From positions 1-64,000 of IMG/VR virus record IMGVR_UViG_3300008012_000023: a DNA stretch of 64,000 bases. One strand, 5' to 3'. A program made the position numbers and the translations under genes. The first letter of the stretch is position 1, and each line of letters opens with the position of its first letter. This DNA is from a virus. This document shows, piece by piece, positions 9,089 through 17,552 of the stretch. Under the pieces are notes generated by a model. It searched no databases and had not been told where the DNA came from. It worked only from the letters and a program-made list of their open reading frames with translations.

Positions 9089-10302
9089 TGTCAGACGCAA
9101 GAATAATAGACAAACTTGTTACCGCTAGAATAGGACTTTTACTAAAACACCCTTTCTTCGGCAACCTGGCAACAAGACTGCAGATAGTGAATGCCGATGA
9201 ATGGTGTCCTACAGCGGCAACCGATGGTAGAAAATTTTATTTCAATACTAAATTTATCGACAGTCTTACCCCGAAAGAAACAGAGTTCCTTTTTGGACAC
9301 GAAGTACTGCACTGTGTTTTTGATCATTTCCTAGGCAGAAAACAAAACCGTGACCATCAGTTATGGAACATAGCGGCGGACTATGCCGTGAACCAAATTC
9401 TCATAGAAAGTGGAATAGGCGAGATGCCCAAAGATGACAAAGGCAAGGACAAAGGTTTCCATGATGACAAATACAAGGACTGGCCGGCAGAAAAAATCTA
9501 CGACGACATCTACAAGAAAGCAAAGAAGCAAGGATACGACTTAAAAAAGTTGGGAGAACTGTTGGACGAACACATTGATGTAGATGGCGAATCTTCAACA
9601 CCAGCAGACGGCAAAGGTGAAAAAGGCAAGCCTAAATATTCCAAAGAAGAAATAAAAAAGATCAAAGACGAATTAAAAGAAGCAATGATCAGTGCCGCAC
9701 AATCGACAGGCGCTGGAAACTTGCCTGGTGCTATCCAAAGATTGATAGGTGACCTTACCGAACCTAAAATGAACTGGAGAGAGATAATCCAACAACAAAT
9801 AGTTTCAACAATGAAATCAGATTACACATTCACGAAACCTAGTAGAAGGAGTTGGCATATGGATGCAGTTCTACCAGGAATGATTAACACTGATAAAATA
9901 GATATATGTTTGGCTCTGGACGCATCTGGTTCTATATCAGAAGAGCAGTGTAAAGAATTTTTGTCTGAGGTAAAAGGTATAATGGAACAATACAAAGATT
10001 TCAACATCCACCTTTGGAGTTTTGACACAAAAGTTTTCAATCCAAAAGTGTTCACTCCTGACAATATGGATGAATTAGAATCATACCAACTAGGAGCAGG
10101 CGGTGGTACAGAATTTGAATGTAATTGGGAATATATGAAAGAGGAAGGTATCGAACCTAAAAAATTCATTATGTTCACTGACGGTTGGCCATTTGACAGT
10201 TGGGGTGATCCCGACTACTGCGACACAGTATTTTTGATAAACAATCCATACGAAAGGAACATCGAGGCTCCTTTCGGACTAACGGTACAGTACGATGATT
10301 AA
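9088..10302 (+). CDS. DUF2201-type metallopeptidase + VWA domain protein
   Basis: TAATDG, HEVLH (HEXXH), WNIAADYAVN; MIDAS DASGS, GGGT, FTDG. Confidence 0.85.
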   Translation: MSDARIIDKLVTARIGLLLKHPFFGNLATRLQIVNADEWCPTAATDGRKFYFNTKFIDSLTPKETEFLFGHEVLHCVFDHFLGRKQNRDHQLWNIAADYAVNQILIESGIGEMPKDDKGKDKGFHDDKYKDWPAEKIYDDIYKKAKKQGYDLKKLGELLDEHIDVDGESSTPADGKGEKGKPKYSKEEIKKIKDELKEAMISAAQSTGAGNLPGAIQRLIGDLTEPKMNWREIIQQQIVSTMKSDYTFTKPSRRSWHMDAVLPGMINTDKIDICLALDASGSISEEQCKEFLSEVKGIMEQYKDFNIHLWSFDTKVFNPKVFTPDNMDELESYQLGAGGGTEFECNWEYMKEEGIEPKKFIMFTDGWPFDSWGDPDYCDTVFLINNPYERNIEAPFGLTVQYDD

Positions 10303-10420
10303 TAGACAACTGTTATCATTGCTTTGGGAGACCTTCAAGGATTGGTTCTTCAATGAGGTATCAATATCAATAATGAGTTTTGGATTATTGATAATAGCAC
10401 TTTGGAGTTATCTCACGTGA
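10295..10420 (+). CDS. 41-aa putative membrane protein (not in ORF track)
   Basis: MINRQLLSLLWETFKDWFFNEVSISIMSFGLLIIALWSYLT*, overlaps VWA gene end. Confidence 0.45.
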   Translation: MINRQLLSLLWETFKDWFFNEVSISIMSFGLLIIALWSYLT

Positions 10421-10503
10421 GAAATTTTTTTCAAAACCCAATAGTGTTGGCCGTCATAATCGTCGGCATATCATTGTTGATAATGCAGATAGGGTTAGGA
10501 TAA
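10417..10503 (+). CDS. 28-aa single-TM protein (not in ORF track)
   Basis: GTGA overlap; MRNFFQNPIVLAVIIVGISLLIMQIGLG*. Confidence 0.45.
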   Translation: MRNFFQNPIVLAVIIVGISLLIMQIGLG

Positions 10504-10510
10504 TTCACGA

Positions 10511-10774
10511 GTGAAAATAAATCCAAAAAATTTTTTTAATCGAAGGATAGATGAATTCCAAGACAATTGGGTATCTACTATTACCAAACAACAGGGTGAA
10601 TACAAAGAACAACAGATAGCCAACTGGATCTTCAACAACTGCAATGGAAGATTCTGTATGAAAAAAGATGTACACTATGATCGAAGTGGTGTAAAAACAA
10701 TTACCAGAATTGCTTTCGAAATACCCAGTGACCTGACATTGTTTTATCTAAGTGGCCTGGCTCAAGAACAATAA
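10511..10774 (+). CDS. hypothetical protein
   Basis: IANWIFNNCNGRF..IAFEIPSDLTLF. Confidence 0.55.
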   Translation: MKINPKNFFNRRIDEFQDNWVSTITKQQGEYKEQQIANWIFNNCNGRFCMKKDVHYDRSGVKTITRIAFEIPSDLTLFYLSGLAQEQ

Positions 10775-10783
10775 CAACATCAT

Positions 10784-10813
10784 TTGACAGCACTAACTAA
10801 TTTATATTATAAT
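10784..10813 (+). promoter_or_regulatory. sigma70-like promoter
   Basis: TTGACA-18-TATAAT; AGGAG RBS before 10849. Confidence 0.55.
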
Positions 10814-10848
10814 ATACGTATATAATTGCAATTATAGGAGAAATAAAA

Positions 10849-11160
10849 ATGGCAAGTAAAAAGAAACAACTTAAAAAAGGTTCCGCCAAAACAAAAACAG
10901 AGGCGCAACCGCAACAGGCACCGGCAGGACAACAGGCAAATATCCAGTCTGATCCTGGTACGTTGGCTGTAGGTGATTTGAGAAATCTAGCAACAATCAT
11001 CGACGTGGCTTCAACAAGAGGTGCCTTCAGAGCAAACGAAATGGCTACCGTTGGAGCGATGTTTAATAAATTACAACAGTTCTTGGCCAAAGTGGCGCCA
11101 GAACAAAAACCAGAAGATGCCAAAGCAGAAGCACCAGCAACTGCCGAAGCAAAGAAATAG
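10849..11160 (+). CDS. conserved phage hypothetical protein
   Basis: DL..LATIIDVASTRGAFRANEM..VG..FNKL; strong RBS. Confidence 0.65.
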   Translation: MASKKKQLKKGSAKTKTEAQPQQAPAGQQANIQSDPGTLAVGDLRNLATIIDVASTRGAFRANEMATVGAMFNKLQQFLAKVAPEQKPEDAKAEAPATAEAKK

Positions 11161-11169
11161 GAGAACACA

Positions 11170-11694
11170 ATGGTACAACAAATGATGCCAATGGATGTTG
11201 AAGGCACAAAAGAAACTGTGGCTTCTAACAGAAAGCAGATCAAACACATAGGAAAATTGAAAGACAGTGGTGCCAATGTTGCTATAATATTTAGAACTGT
11301 TCCAGACGAACCAACAAACTGCTTGGTAATGGGTCCTAAATTTTTAGACAACAACTATCACGATTCATTCATGAAAGTGCTTGAATCTCCGGAAGGCCAG
11401 GCTAGTTTTGAACTTGGTAACTTTTTATCTAGATCGAGATTCAGCGATGGTGTGGAAATGTTGCCATACTTACACCAAAACAATTTTCTTAAAAAAATGC
11501 CAACCAAAGACGTAATAGTCACAATGGGTGCTGGCAACCAAGGTGAAGTTCAACTGGACGAATTGAACAAACTTATTGCCAAGGAAAGAAAAGTAGAAAT
11601 TTCTGATCTTGCATTTGTAGAGTCAAGCGAGGCAAAACCAAAGACTAGTAAAGATTCGGATGACTCCAAAAAGAAAGCAAAAACCAAAAAGTAG
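11170..11694 (+). CDS. conserved phage hypothetical protein
   Basis: KHIGK..VAIIFRTVPDEP..CLV..VQLDELNKLI; AGGAG RBS. Confidence 0.65.
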   Translation: MVQQMMPMDVEGTKETVASNRKQIKHIGKLKDSGANVAIIFRTVPDEPTNCLVMGPKFLDNNYHDSFMKVLESPEGQASFELGNFLSRSRFSDGVEMLPYLHQNNFLKKMPTKDVIVTMGAGNQGEVQLDELNKLIAKERKVEISDLAFVESSEAKPKTSKDSDDSKKKAKTKK

Positions 11695-12013
11695 TCCGAC
11701 CTGGGTAGAACTTACAAAAGATTTTGTTAAGGAATGGCCAGAAATTTTAGATGGACTGGAATATAGAAACTTGCCAATCAAGTATGTCAAGTGGTGCGAA
11801 CTACATCTAAAAAACAAGATCACTATAAAATTTGATATCGAAAACGATCTCAAAAATAATAATCAATCCAGAATAGTTCGCACACTTAGACAGCACATTT
11901 TACAGAATAGAAAAAACATCAAGGCAGTACAGATGAAGTTCAATATTCAGCGTCTCAAATCGGACATGGAAAGTAAAACAGAAAAACTACTGACCAAAAC
12001 TTTCAAGAAATAA
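11660..12013 (+). CDS. hypothetical protein
   Basis: EWPEILDG....LPIKY; converges on the minus-strand operon. Confidence 0.55.
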   Translation: MTPKRKQKPKSSPTWVELTKDFVKEWPEILDGLEYRNLPIKYVKWCELHLKNKITIKFDIENDLKNNNQSRIVRTLRQHILQNRKNIKAVQMKFNIQRLKSDMESKTEKLLTKTFKK

Positions 12014-13273
12014 TCTGTCTACGAATTCCCAATCAAACGTTTCAAGCAATTTATCTAGACTATAATTGTGTCTGCTACAGAAAGTTTCAGCATCAGTGCA
12101 GGCCTTTTTGGTAAAAATATTGTCTACCGACTTCCATTGTTCCAGTATAAAATCACCCTCAACTGTGGGTTTGGTATGTTTTTGATACAAAAGTTTAACC
12201 ACTTCTCTAAAAGTAGTTCTATAATTTACTTTAGAATCTTTGAAAAAATTAGTGTAGCCTGACCTTTCATTAACGTATTCGTGTGGTGAATGAAGTGTGA
12301 AATCCAAAACTCCAGAAGGCGTGTTTAACACTGCCTCTTTAAAGTAGAGCACCACTGCCTGATGTCCGTACATATAACTTATTAGTCTATTGTAACATCC
12401 AAAAATGTAATGTCTATTTGATTTGAGTGTGGATGGTGTGTAATTAAATTTGAATTCTGGATCTATCTCTAGTTTGGCGGGCACCACGTAGAAGTACTCG
12501 CTGGTAGAATTTTTGGCACAATGCCTTAAGGCATTATCTCTTCCATTGATACCCGATACAACTTTAGGTTCCCTTCCTATATGGCCTAAATGTTCCTTTA
12601 GCACACTGAGATTAGCAAGGGCCTGTGGTTCATTGTTGTGTAAGAAAAAAATATCAAATTTGGGTGGTTTATCAAATTTATCAACAAAATATATCCTTTC
12701 ATACTCGTACAATTCTTTTTGAAACTTTAATTTGGGAATGGTGAGACAGGTATGCTCATGATTGTTGACATAGAGTTTTTTGTCTTCCCACAGGCTAGGT
12801 TCGGACTTAGACGTGGATTCGAAAAAATAATGAGCGTACAAACTTTTTTGATTTTTTACCTTTTGGTACAAATTAGAATATTCAAATTTGTACTCTGGCC
12901 ATTTATGTGATTTGATTTCCACTTGGTGGTAATTTATGTCAGCAAAATCTCTGAGATGTTTCAGTTGGGGTAACTGTTTCTTGAATTCGTTTGTTGGTAT
13001 CAGGAACAAATTGCCTTCTTTCTGTTCGGCATTGTGCCAGAGATGTATTTGACTATCTTGATGCTGTTCCGGGACAAAATCAAAATCAAACGTTGAAAGG
13101 TCATCTAGTGTTGTCAAAAACCAAAAGTGAGATGTTTTTATTTCGGATATGTAAGACTTTAATATATCAAAGTAGGAATCAACAAAAGGAGTAAATTTTG
13201 CGTGTGGAAATATTTTTTCTATTTTTTGTCGATTGCTGTCAATATTGAAATCCACACAAACACAATCATACAT
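11987..13273 (-). CDS. glycosyltransferase-like (GT-A) protein, degenerate
   Basis: C-half FDIFFLHNNEP..SGING..AKNSTSEYFYVVPAK..TFREVVKL parallels 24699-25580, but DxD is lost. Confidence 0.5.
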   Translation of the reverse strand: MYDCVCVDFNIDSNRQKIEKIFPHAKFTPFVDSYFDILKSYISEIKTSHFWFLTTLDDLSTFDFDFVPEQHQDSQIHLWHNAEQKEGNLFLIPTNEFKKQLPQLKHLRDFADINYHQVEIKSHKWPEYKFEYSNLYQKVKNQKSLYAHYFFESTSKSEPSLWEDKKLYVNNHEHTCLTIPKLKFQKELYEYERIYFVDKFDKPPKFDIFFLHNNEPQALANLSVLKEHLGHIGREPKVVSGINGRDNALRHCAKNSTSEYFYVVPAKLEIDPEFKFNYTPSTLKSNRHYIFGCYNRLISYMYGHQAVVLYFKEAVLNTPSGVLDFTLHSPHEYVNERSGYTNFFKDSKVNYRTTFREVVKLLYQKHTKPTVEGDFILEQWKSVDNIFTKKACTDAETFCSRHNYSLDKLLETFDWEFVDRLFLESFGQ

Positions 13274-13422
13274 TAGAATTCTGCCTTTACTCCCACTTGA
13301 GGATTTTCAATACAACTATCCTTGATCTCTTTCATCGTTTCCTTTTTTAGATCAACACCACACGTGGCAGAAGGTTTTATACCACAACCTAGACAGAATA
13401 AAAAAATAATTAGATATCTCAT
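13273..13422 (-). CDS. 49-aa lipoprotein (not in ORF track)
   Basis: MRYLIIFLFCLGC-GIKPSATCGVDLKKETMKEIKDSCIENPQVGVKAEF*; LGC lipobox; coupled at both ends. Confidence 0.65.
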   Translation of the reverse strand: MRYLIIFLFCLGCGIKPSATCGVDLKKETMKEIKDSCIENPQVGVKAEF

Positions 13423-14885
13423 CCTAGTACTTTAACTCCGTACTTGTTGGTAAATGCTTTACCATCCTCTCTATCGTTCACGATTGGTTGTCCTTTTATG
13501 TTCAAACTGGTATTCAAAAGTATGGGGCAACCAGTCTGTTTTTTCCATTCTGTGAGCAGTGCGTGGAACCCTGGATTATCCGTCTTACGCACGGTTTGAA
13601 CCCTACTTGTGTGATCATGGTGTATTATAGCAGGAAAGTCTTTACCAGCAGTACAAGGCGCTGTAAATTGCATATAAGGGGTGTTTTTAACGGCTTTAGG
13701 AAGGGTGAAATAGTCGTTCACATCCTCTTCTAATATGGCTGGTGCGAACGGTCTGAACTTCTGTCTTTTCTTGATACTGTTTACCAAATCCTTTATCTCG
13801 GGTCCTCTAGGGTCTGCCAACAGTGATCTATTACCAAGTGCCCTTGGGCCAAATTCCGCCCTGCCACTTGCCACTCCCACCATCTTGTTTTCCTTTAGTT
13901 CTTTGATCAAACTGTCAACAGGATACTCGCCGTCTATGTTGTGTCCCAGAAAAGGATGTTGCCAGTTCAAGAACATTTTCTCATTGGCCGCTATGCAACC
14001 CAAACTTGATCCTGCGTCACCGGGATTGGGTATTATCCAAATGTTATCGAAAAAATTCATATCTGCTAGAACTCTGTTTGCGGCACAGTTCAAAGCAACT
14101 CCTCCCGCATAAACAAGATTCCTTGATGAGTATCTAGATGCCCTCATCCACAAATCTGCCAGGCATTCTTCTGTGACCTGTTGTATGCTGGCCGCGATGT
14201 CCATTACGTCTGCTTCGGGGTGCCATTCTCCCAAACCCCTGTGTAGATTCTTTTTCAGCCTGAAAGGTGACTGTTCCACAAAGTCGTTGTAGATATCATC
14301 TTTGTATTTTGGCTTGCCGTAAGCGGCCATACCCATGAGGATATACTCCTCCTCTGCTGGTTTCAATCCACAACGGTGTGTGAACGCCGAATATAAAACT
14401 CCTATAGAGTCGGGATAATTTATTGTTTCTTGTGTCCTGATTTGTGTGCCTTCGGCCGTGGATATGGAAACAGTGTTCCATTCACCTATCGCATCCACTG
14501 TGAGGATAGTGGCATGAGTAAAAGGCGAGGTGTAATATCCGGCCGCGGCGTGTGAGTCGTGATGTTTGACATACTCATCTATCTTAATATTGAAATGATC
14601 CAGGTGCCATTGTGGCATTTCTGTATAACTCATTGCCAACCCATACTGTCCTGCGTAGAACTGTCTTGTCTTCTTCAAAAAAGGCTTTTCATAATACACA
14701 ACCTTGTCAAAAGGTCCGTAAGTGTTTGCCTCGTTCACTATACCCCAGTTGAGGTAGTGATCGTTTTTGACTTTGGAGTATCTTTCCGAGTGTGCGGCCC
14801 ATAGTATTTCTCCTTTGCCGTTGCTAAAATCCACAACAGACATAGCGGCGTCGTGGTTCATGCAGTTAATTCCCAGTATTCTCAT
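13419..14885 (-). CDS. carbamoyltransferase (NodU/CmcH/TobZ family)
   Basis: HDAA, ERYSKVK, HHDSHAAA, VDAIGE, MGMAAYG, GGVALNC, EFGPRALGNRSLL, FRPFAP, LLNTSLN. Confidence 0.95.
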   Translation of the reverse strand: MRILGINCMNHDAAMSVVDFSNGKGEILWAAHSERYSKVKNDHYLNWGIVNEANTYGPFDKVVYYEKPFLKKTRQFYAGQYGLAMSYTEMPQWHLDHFNIKIDEYVKHHDSHAAAGYYTSPFTHATILTVDAIGEWNTVSISTAEGTQIRTQETINYPDSIGVLYSAFTHRCGLKPAEEEYILMGMAAYGKPKYKDDIYNDFVEQSPFRLKKNLHRGLGEWHPEADVMDIAASIQQVTEECLADLWMRASRYSSRNLVYAGGVALNCAANRVLADMNFFDNIWIIPNPGDAGSSLGCIAANEKMFLNWQHPFLGHNIDGEYPVDSLIKELKENKMVGVASGRAEFGPRALGNRSLLADPRGPEIKDLVNSIKKRQKFRPFAPAILEEDVNDYFTLPKAVKNTPYMQFTAPCTAGKDFPAIIHHDHTSRVQTVRKTDNPGFHALLTEWKKQTGCPILLNTSLNIKGQPIVNDREDGKAFTNKYGVKVLG

Positions 14886-15280
14886 CCTCTAATGTCCTCT
14901 ATAGATTCTATATATTTTTTAAGTTCTTTGTCCTGTACATCATTCGGTATTTCATTCTTATAAAATATTTTGTAACTGTCACTTCCATATTTTCCTATAC
15001 CATAAAGGTCACTTGCCTCTTTTCCGTCCCAGGTGAGATAATCTACGCTCATTTGTCTCAACCTTTTTACTCTCACACTCCACATACCCAACGGTTTCAA
15101 CATCTTTTCCTGTGCTTTCGCTCGACCCCTAATAAATTTTACAGGATCTGGATATCTCTTGAACAATTTTGGAAGTATCTCTTTGACCTGTTTCCTATAG
15201 GTTTGATTGAGACATATCACGCCCACCATGTGTTGCCACACGCTATTAACCTGTTGTTGTACCATTAGGTCATCTCTCAT
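14882..15280 (-). CDS. HhH-GPD DNA glycosylase, MBD4-like
   Basis: WQHMVGVICLNQT..LKPLGM..R..LYGIGKYGSDSYKIF; start at 15280 by ATGA overlap. Confidence 0.75.
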   Translation of the reverse strand: MRDDLMVQQQVNSVWQHMVGVICLNQTYRKQVKEILPKLFKRYPDPVKFIRGRAKAQEKMLKPLGMWSVRVKRLRQMSVDYLTWDGKEASDLYGIGKYGSDSYKIFYKNEIPNDVQDKELKKYIESIEDIRG

Positions 15281-15864
15281 TTGATACTCCACTTAATTTT
15301 ACTGAATTTTTCTTTCAATTTTTCTACCCTTTCTTGCCATTCCTCTAGTGTGATGTCGTATTCATAATTCACCGTTGTGGCATTTTGTTGCAGACAGGTT
15401 GCTCCGTTTCCGAGATGAAACTTTTCTGCCATTTCTGTGATGGGAGATAAAGTCACCAAACGATCTATGTGATTTTCTCTTTTAAATTTTTTATATATCT
15501 CATTCAGGATGTGTTTGCCTCCTCCCTTCATCTTGGCCCATACTGTGTAAGCCACAGCGACTCTACCCACGAGATTATTTCTCAACACCGACTGCAGATG
15601 TGCGTCCTTGCTCATGTCTTTTAACTCCTTAACACTTTTAGGAATTTCGTTTGTAAAGGCGATGCATATTATAGCCATTAGGTTTTTATCCTGATCGAGC
15701 AATCCAAAAATTTTGCGTCCATATGATGTTCTGAATTCCAAATCCAATTCGGGTCTTACAGGATCTTCCTGCACATCTATTTCCACTAATTCTTTCAGAT
15801 CAAATCGTTGGTCTTTTTTGAACCAGTTTTTGAATTTGTCTTTTATTTCCGCAAGTGTATTCAT
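15277..15864 (-). CDS. GNAT-like conserved phage protein
   Basis: DPVRPEL..AYTVW..KGGGK..LVTLSP..A.KFHL.NGA. Confidence 0.5.
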   Translation of the reverse strand: MNTLAEIKDKFKNWFKKDQRFDLKELVEIDVQEDPVRPELDLEFRTSYGRKIFGLLDQDKNLMAIICIAFTNEIPKSVKELKDMSKDAHLQSVLRNNLVGRVAVAYTVWAKMKGGGKHILNEIYKKFKRENHIDRLVTLSPITEMAEKFHLGNGATCLQQNATTVNYEYDITLEEWQERVEKLKEKFSKIKWSIK

Positions 15865-15867
15865 GGT

Positions 15868-15972
15868 TTACTTGTAGATAAAAGGATCTTTCTTTTTAAG
15901 TTCTTTTATTCTTTTCCTATACTCAATCTCTTGTTTTATTTTGAGATATATTTTTTTAATCCAACTAAACAT
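15868..15972 (-). CDS. 34-aa basic peptide ending DPFIYK (not in ORF track)
   Basis: MFSWIKKIYLKIKQEIEYRKRIKELKKKDPFIYK*; AGGAG upstream. Confidence 0.7.
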   Translation of the reverse strand: MFSWIKKIYLKIKQEIEYRKRIKELKKKDPFIYK

Positions 15973-16660
15973 ATTTTCTCCTTTCAAGTTTGTAAGTTGT
16001 TAATCCTCCACTGTTTGCCTTCCATACAAGATGAAAGTTAGGGAATATTTTTGATATGATCGGATACGATGCTGTCACTTTGTAGTCGTCAAACATATCC
16101 TGAACATCTTTGTGGTCAAAACCAATTTCAAACGGGCATTCCATTTGATCTTTTTTTAATATCTTGCTTTCAAAAAAAGACAAAGGAGCAATCTTTTGTA
16201 AAAGTTTTACCCATTTATTATAGACGCCCAATAGTATGATTCCGTTTGGCTTCAACAAAGATTTGATTTTGGTTACAGCCAGTTTGTAATCTGGCATATG
16301 GTGTAACACACCCTGGCATAGAATGACGTCATATTTTTTGGATTTTTCCATTTCAATAAAATCTTTCTGCATCCATTTGATATTTTTGTTGCCTAGTTTA
16401 TCAGAAATTTTTTTGGCAATCGCTACACCGTTGCTGAAATCAACACCGGTTATTTTTATGTCTTTGTTTGTGTAGGCCAAAAAGTTTGAAATATATCCAG
16501 TTCCACATCCTATATCAAGCAAAGTTTTTCGACCTTTGGTTTGATCAACAATAAAATTTATATATTTGTTATCTCTGTGTTTTTGCTGTGTCAGGAAATT
16601 TTTTACCGAGTAATTGCCCGGAAAAGGATTTCTGTCATAGAATGTTTTTACTTTGCTCAT
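15965..16660 (-). CDS. class I SAM-dependent methyltransferase
   Basis: LLDIGCGTG, GVDFS, YDVILCQGVLHH, LKPNG. Confidence 0.9.
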   Translation of the reverse strand: MSKVKTFYDRNPFPGNYSVKNFLTQQKHRDNKYINFIVDQTKGRKTLLDIGCGTGYISNFLAYTNKDIKITGVDFSNGVAIAKKISDKLGNKNIKWMQKDFIEMEKSKKYDVILCQGVLHHMPDYKLAVTKIKSLLKPNGIILLGVYNKWVKLLQKIAPLSFFESKILKKDQMECPFEIGFDHKDVQDMFDDYKVTASYPIISKIFPNFHLVWKANSGGLTTYKLERRKYV

Positions 16661-16764
16661 CTGTATAGATACGGATCCTTCTTTTTCCTTAACTTTTTAA
16701 GTTTTCTTTTGTATGTAATGTCACTTAGGTATTTTTTTATTTTGGCAATTAGTTTTTCAAACAT
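16657..16764 (-). CDS. 35-aa basic peptide ending DPYLYR (not in ORF track)
   Basis: MFEKLIAKIKKYLSDITYKRKLKKLRKKKDPYLYR*; ATGA-coupled to MTase; paralog of 15868-15972. Confidence 0.7.
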   Translation of the reverse strand: MFEKLIAKIKKYLSDITYKRKLKKLRKKKDPYLYR

Positions 16765-17552
16765 TTTAAAAAAGTCTCCTTCATTAATTTTACAGCATCT
16801 TGGTGCGCCTCGTCTAGTGGATGAGTCGTGGCGTACGGATATTCATTCATTTTGGCCCATTGGTTAAAACCCATCATTCTTTCACCAAAACTGAACCATC
16901 TGGTAAAATCTATTTCGTTATACAGTGCGGTCAAAAGACTGTCCTCTTTGTGGATAGGCTTTTTGTCATTGTAAAAAAGGCTGTTATCGGCAAGTGTGAA
17001 CATATATGGTATTTTCTTTTTCTCCAAAATGTTCTGCAACCAAACAATAGATTTCCAACTGAGATATGCTTCGTGGTATTGGTTGGCGGCATATTTGTAC
17101 AGACTGTCAGCGAACGGTCCTATTCCTGTTTCTTTGTAAAGATGCTGTCTCTTTTTGAATTCGTCCATCACAGGTTCACTGTGGCCGATTGTGTTTTCTA
17201 CTTCTTTTTGTCGTAGATTTGTATCCCATGGTGTTATTGTTGCCCATCTTGTCCTTTCCAGGTTGCTGTTCCTTGCCATTGCCCAATCGTATCTGCTGAG
17301 GAATGTCCACATCACAACTACAATTATTTTTTCTTCTTTTCTGTTTGCCACATAGTCAAAGACTCTCCTAGCAATTCCTGAATTTCCCAAACCTCCTTTT
17401 GCCACACAAAAATAATTTCCTGCAACTGTATCATTCAACCTAGCGGCCCAGGTCTTGCTACTGTAATTTTTACCTGTGTCATCGCTGAGCTCGTTGCCAT
17501 AAGTGAAACTACAACCGCCCGATAAAACTGTTTCTTTTCCTATACTACTCAT
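16749..17552 (-). CDS. SGNH/GDSL-like protein
   Basis: GGCSFTYG, GLGNSGIARR, VMWT..SRYD, THPLDEAH. Confidence 0.6.
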   Translation of the reverse strand: MSSIGKETVLSGGCSFTYGNELSDDTGKNYSSKTWAARLNDTVAGNYFCVAKGGLGNSGIARRVFDYVANRKEEKIIVVVMWTFLSRYDWAMARNSNLERTRWATITPWDTNLRQKEVENTIGHSEPVMDEFKKRQHLYKETGIGPFADSLYKYAANQYHEAYLSWKSIVWLQNILEKKKIPYMFTLADNSLFYNDKKPIHKEDSLLTALYNEIDFTRWFSFGERMMGFNQWAKMNEYPYATTHPLDEAHQDAVKLMKETFLKCLKN

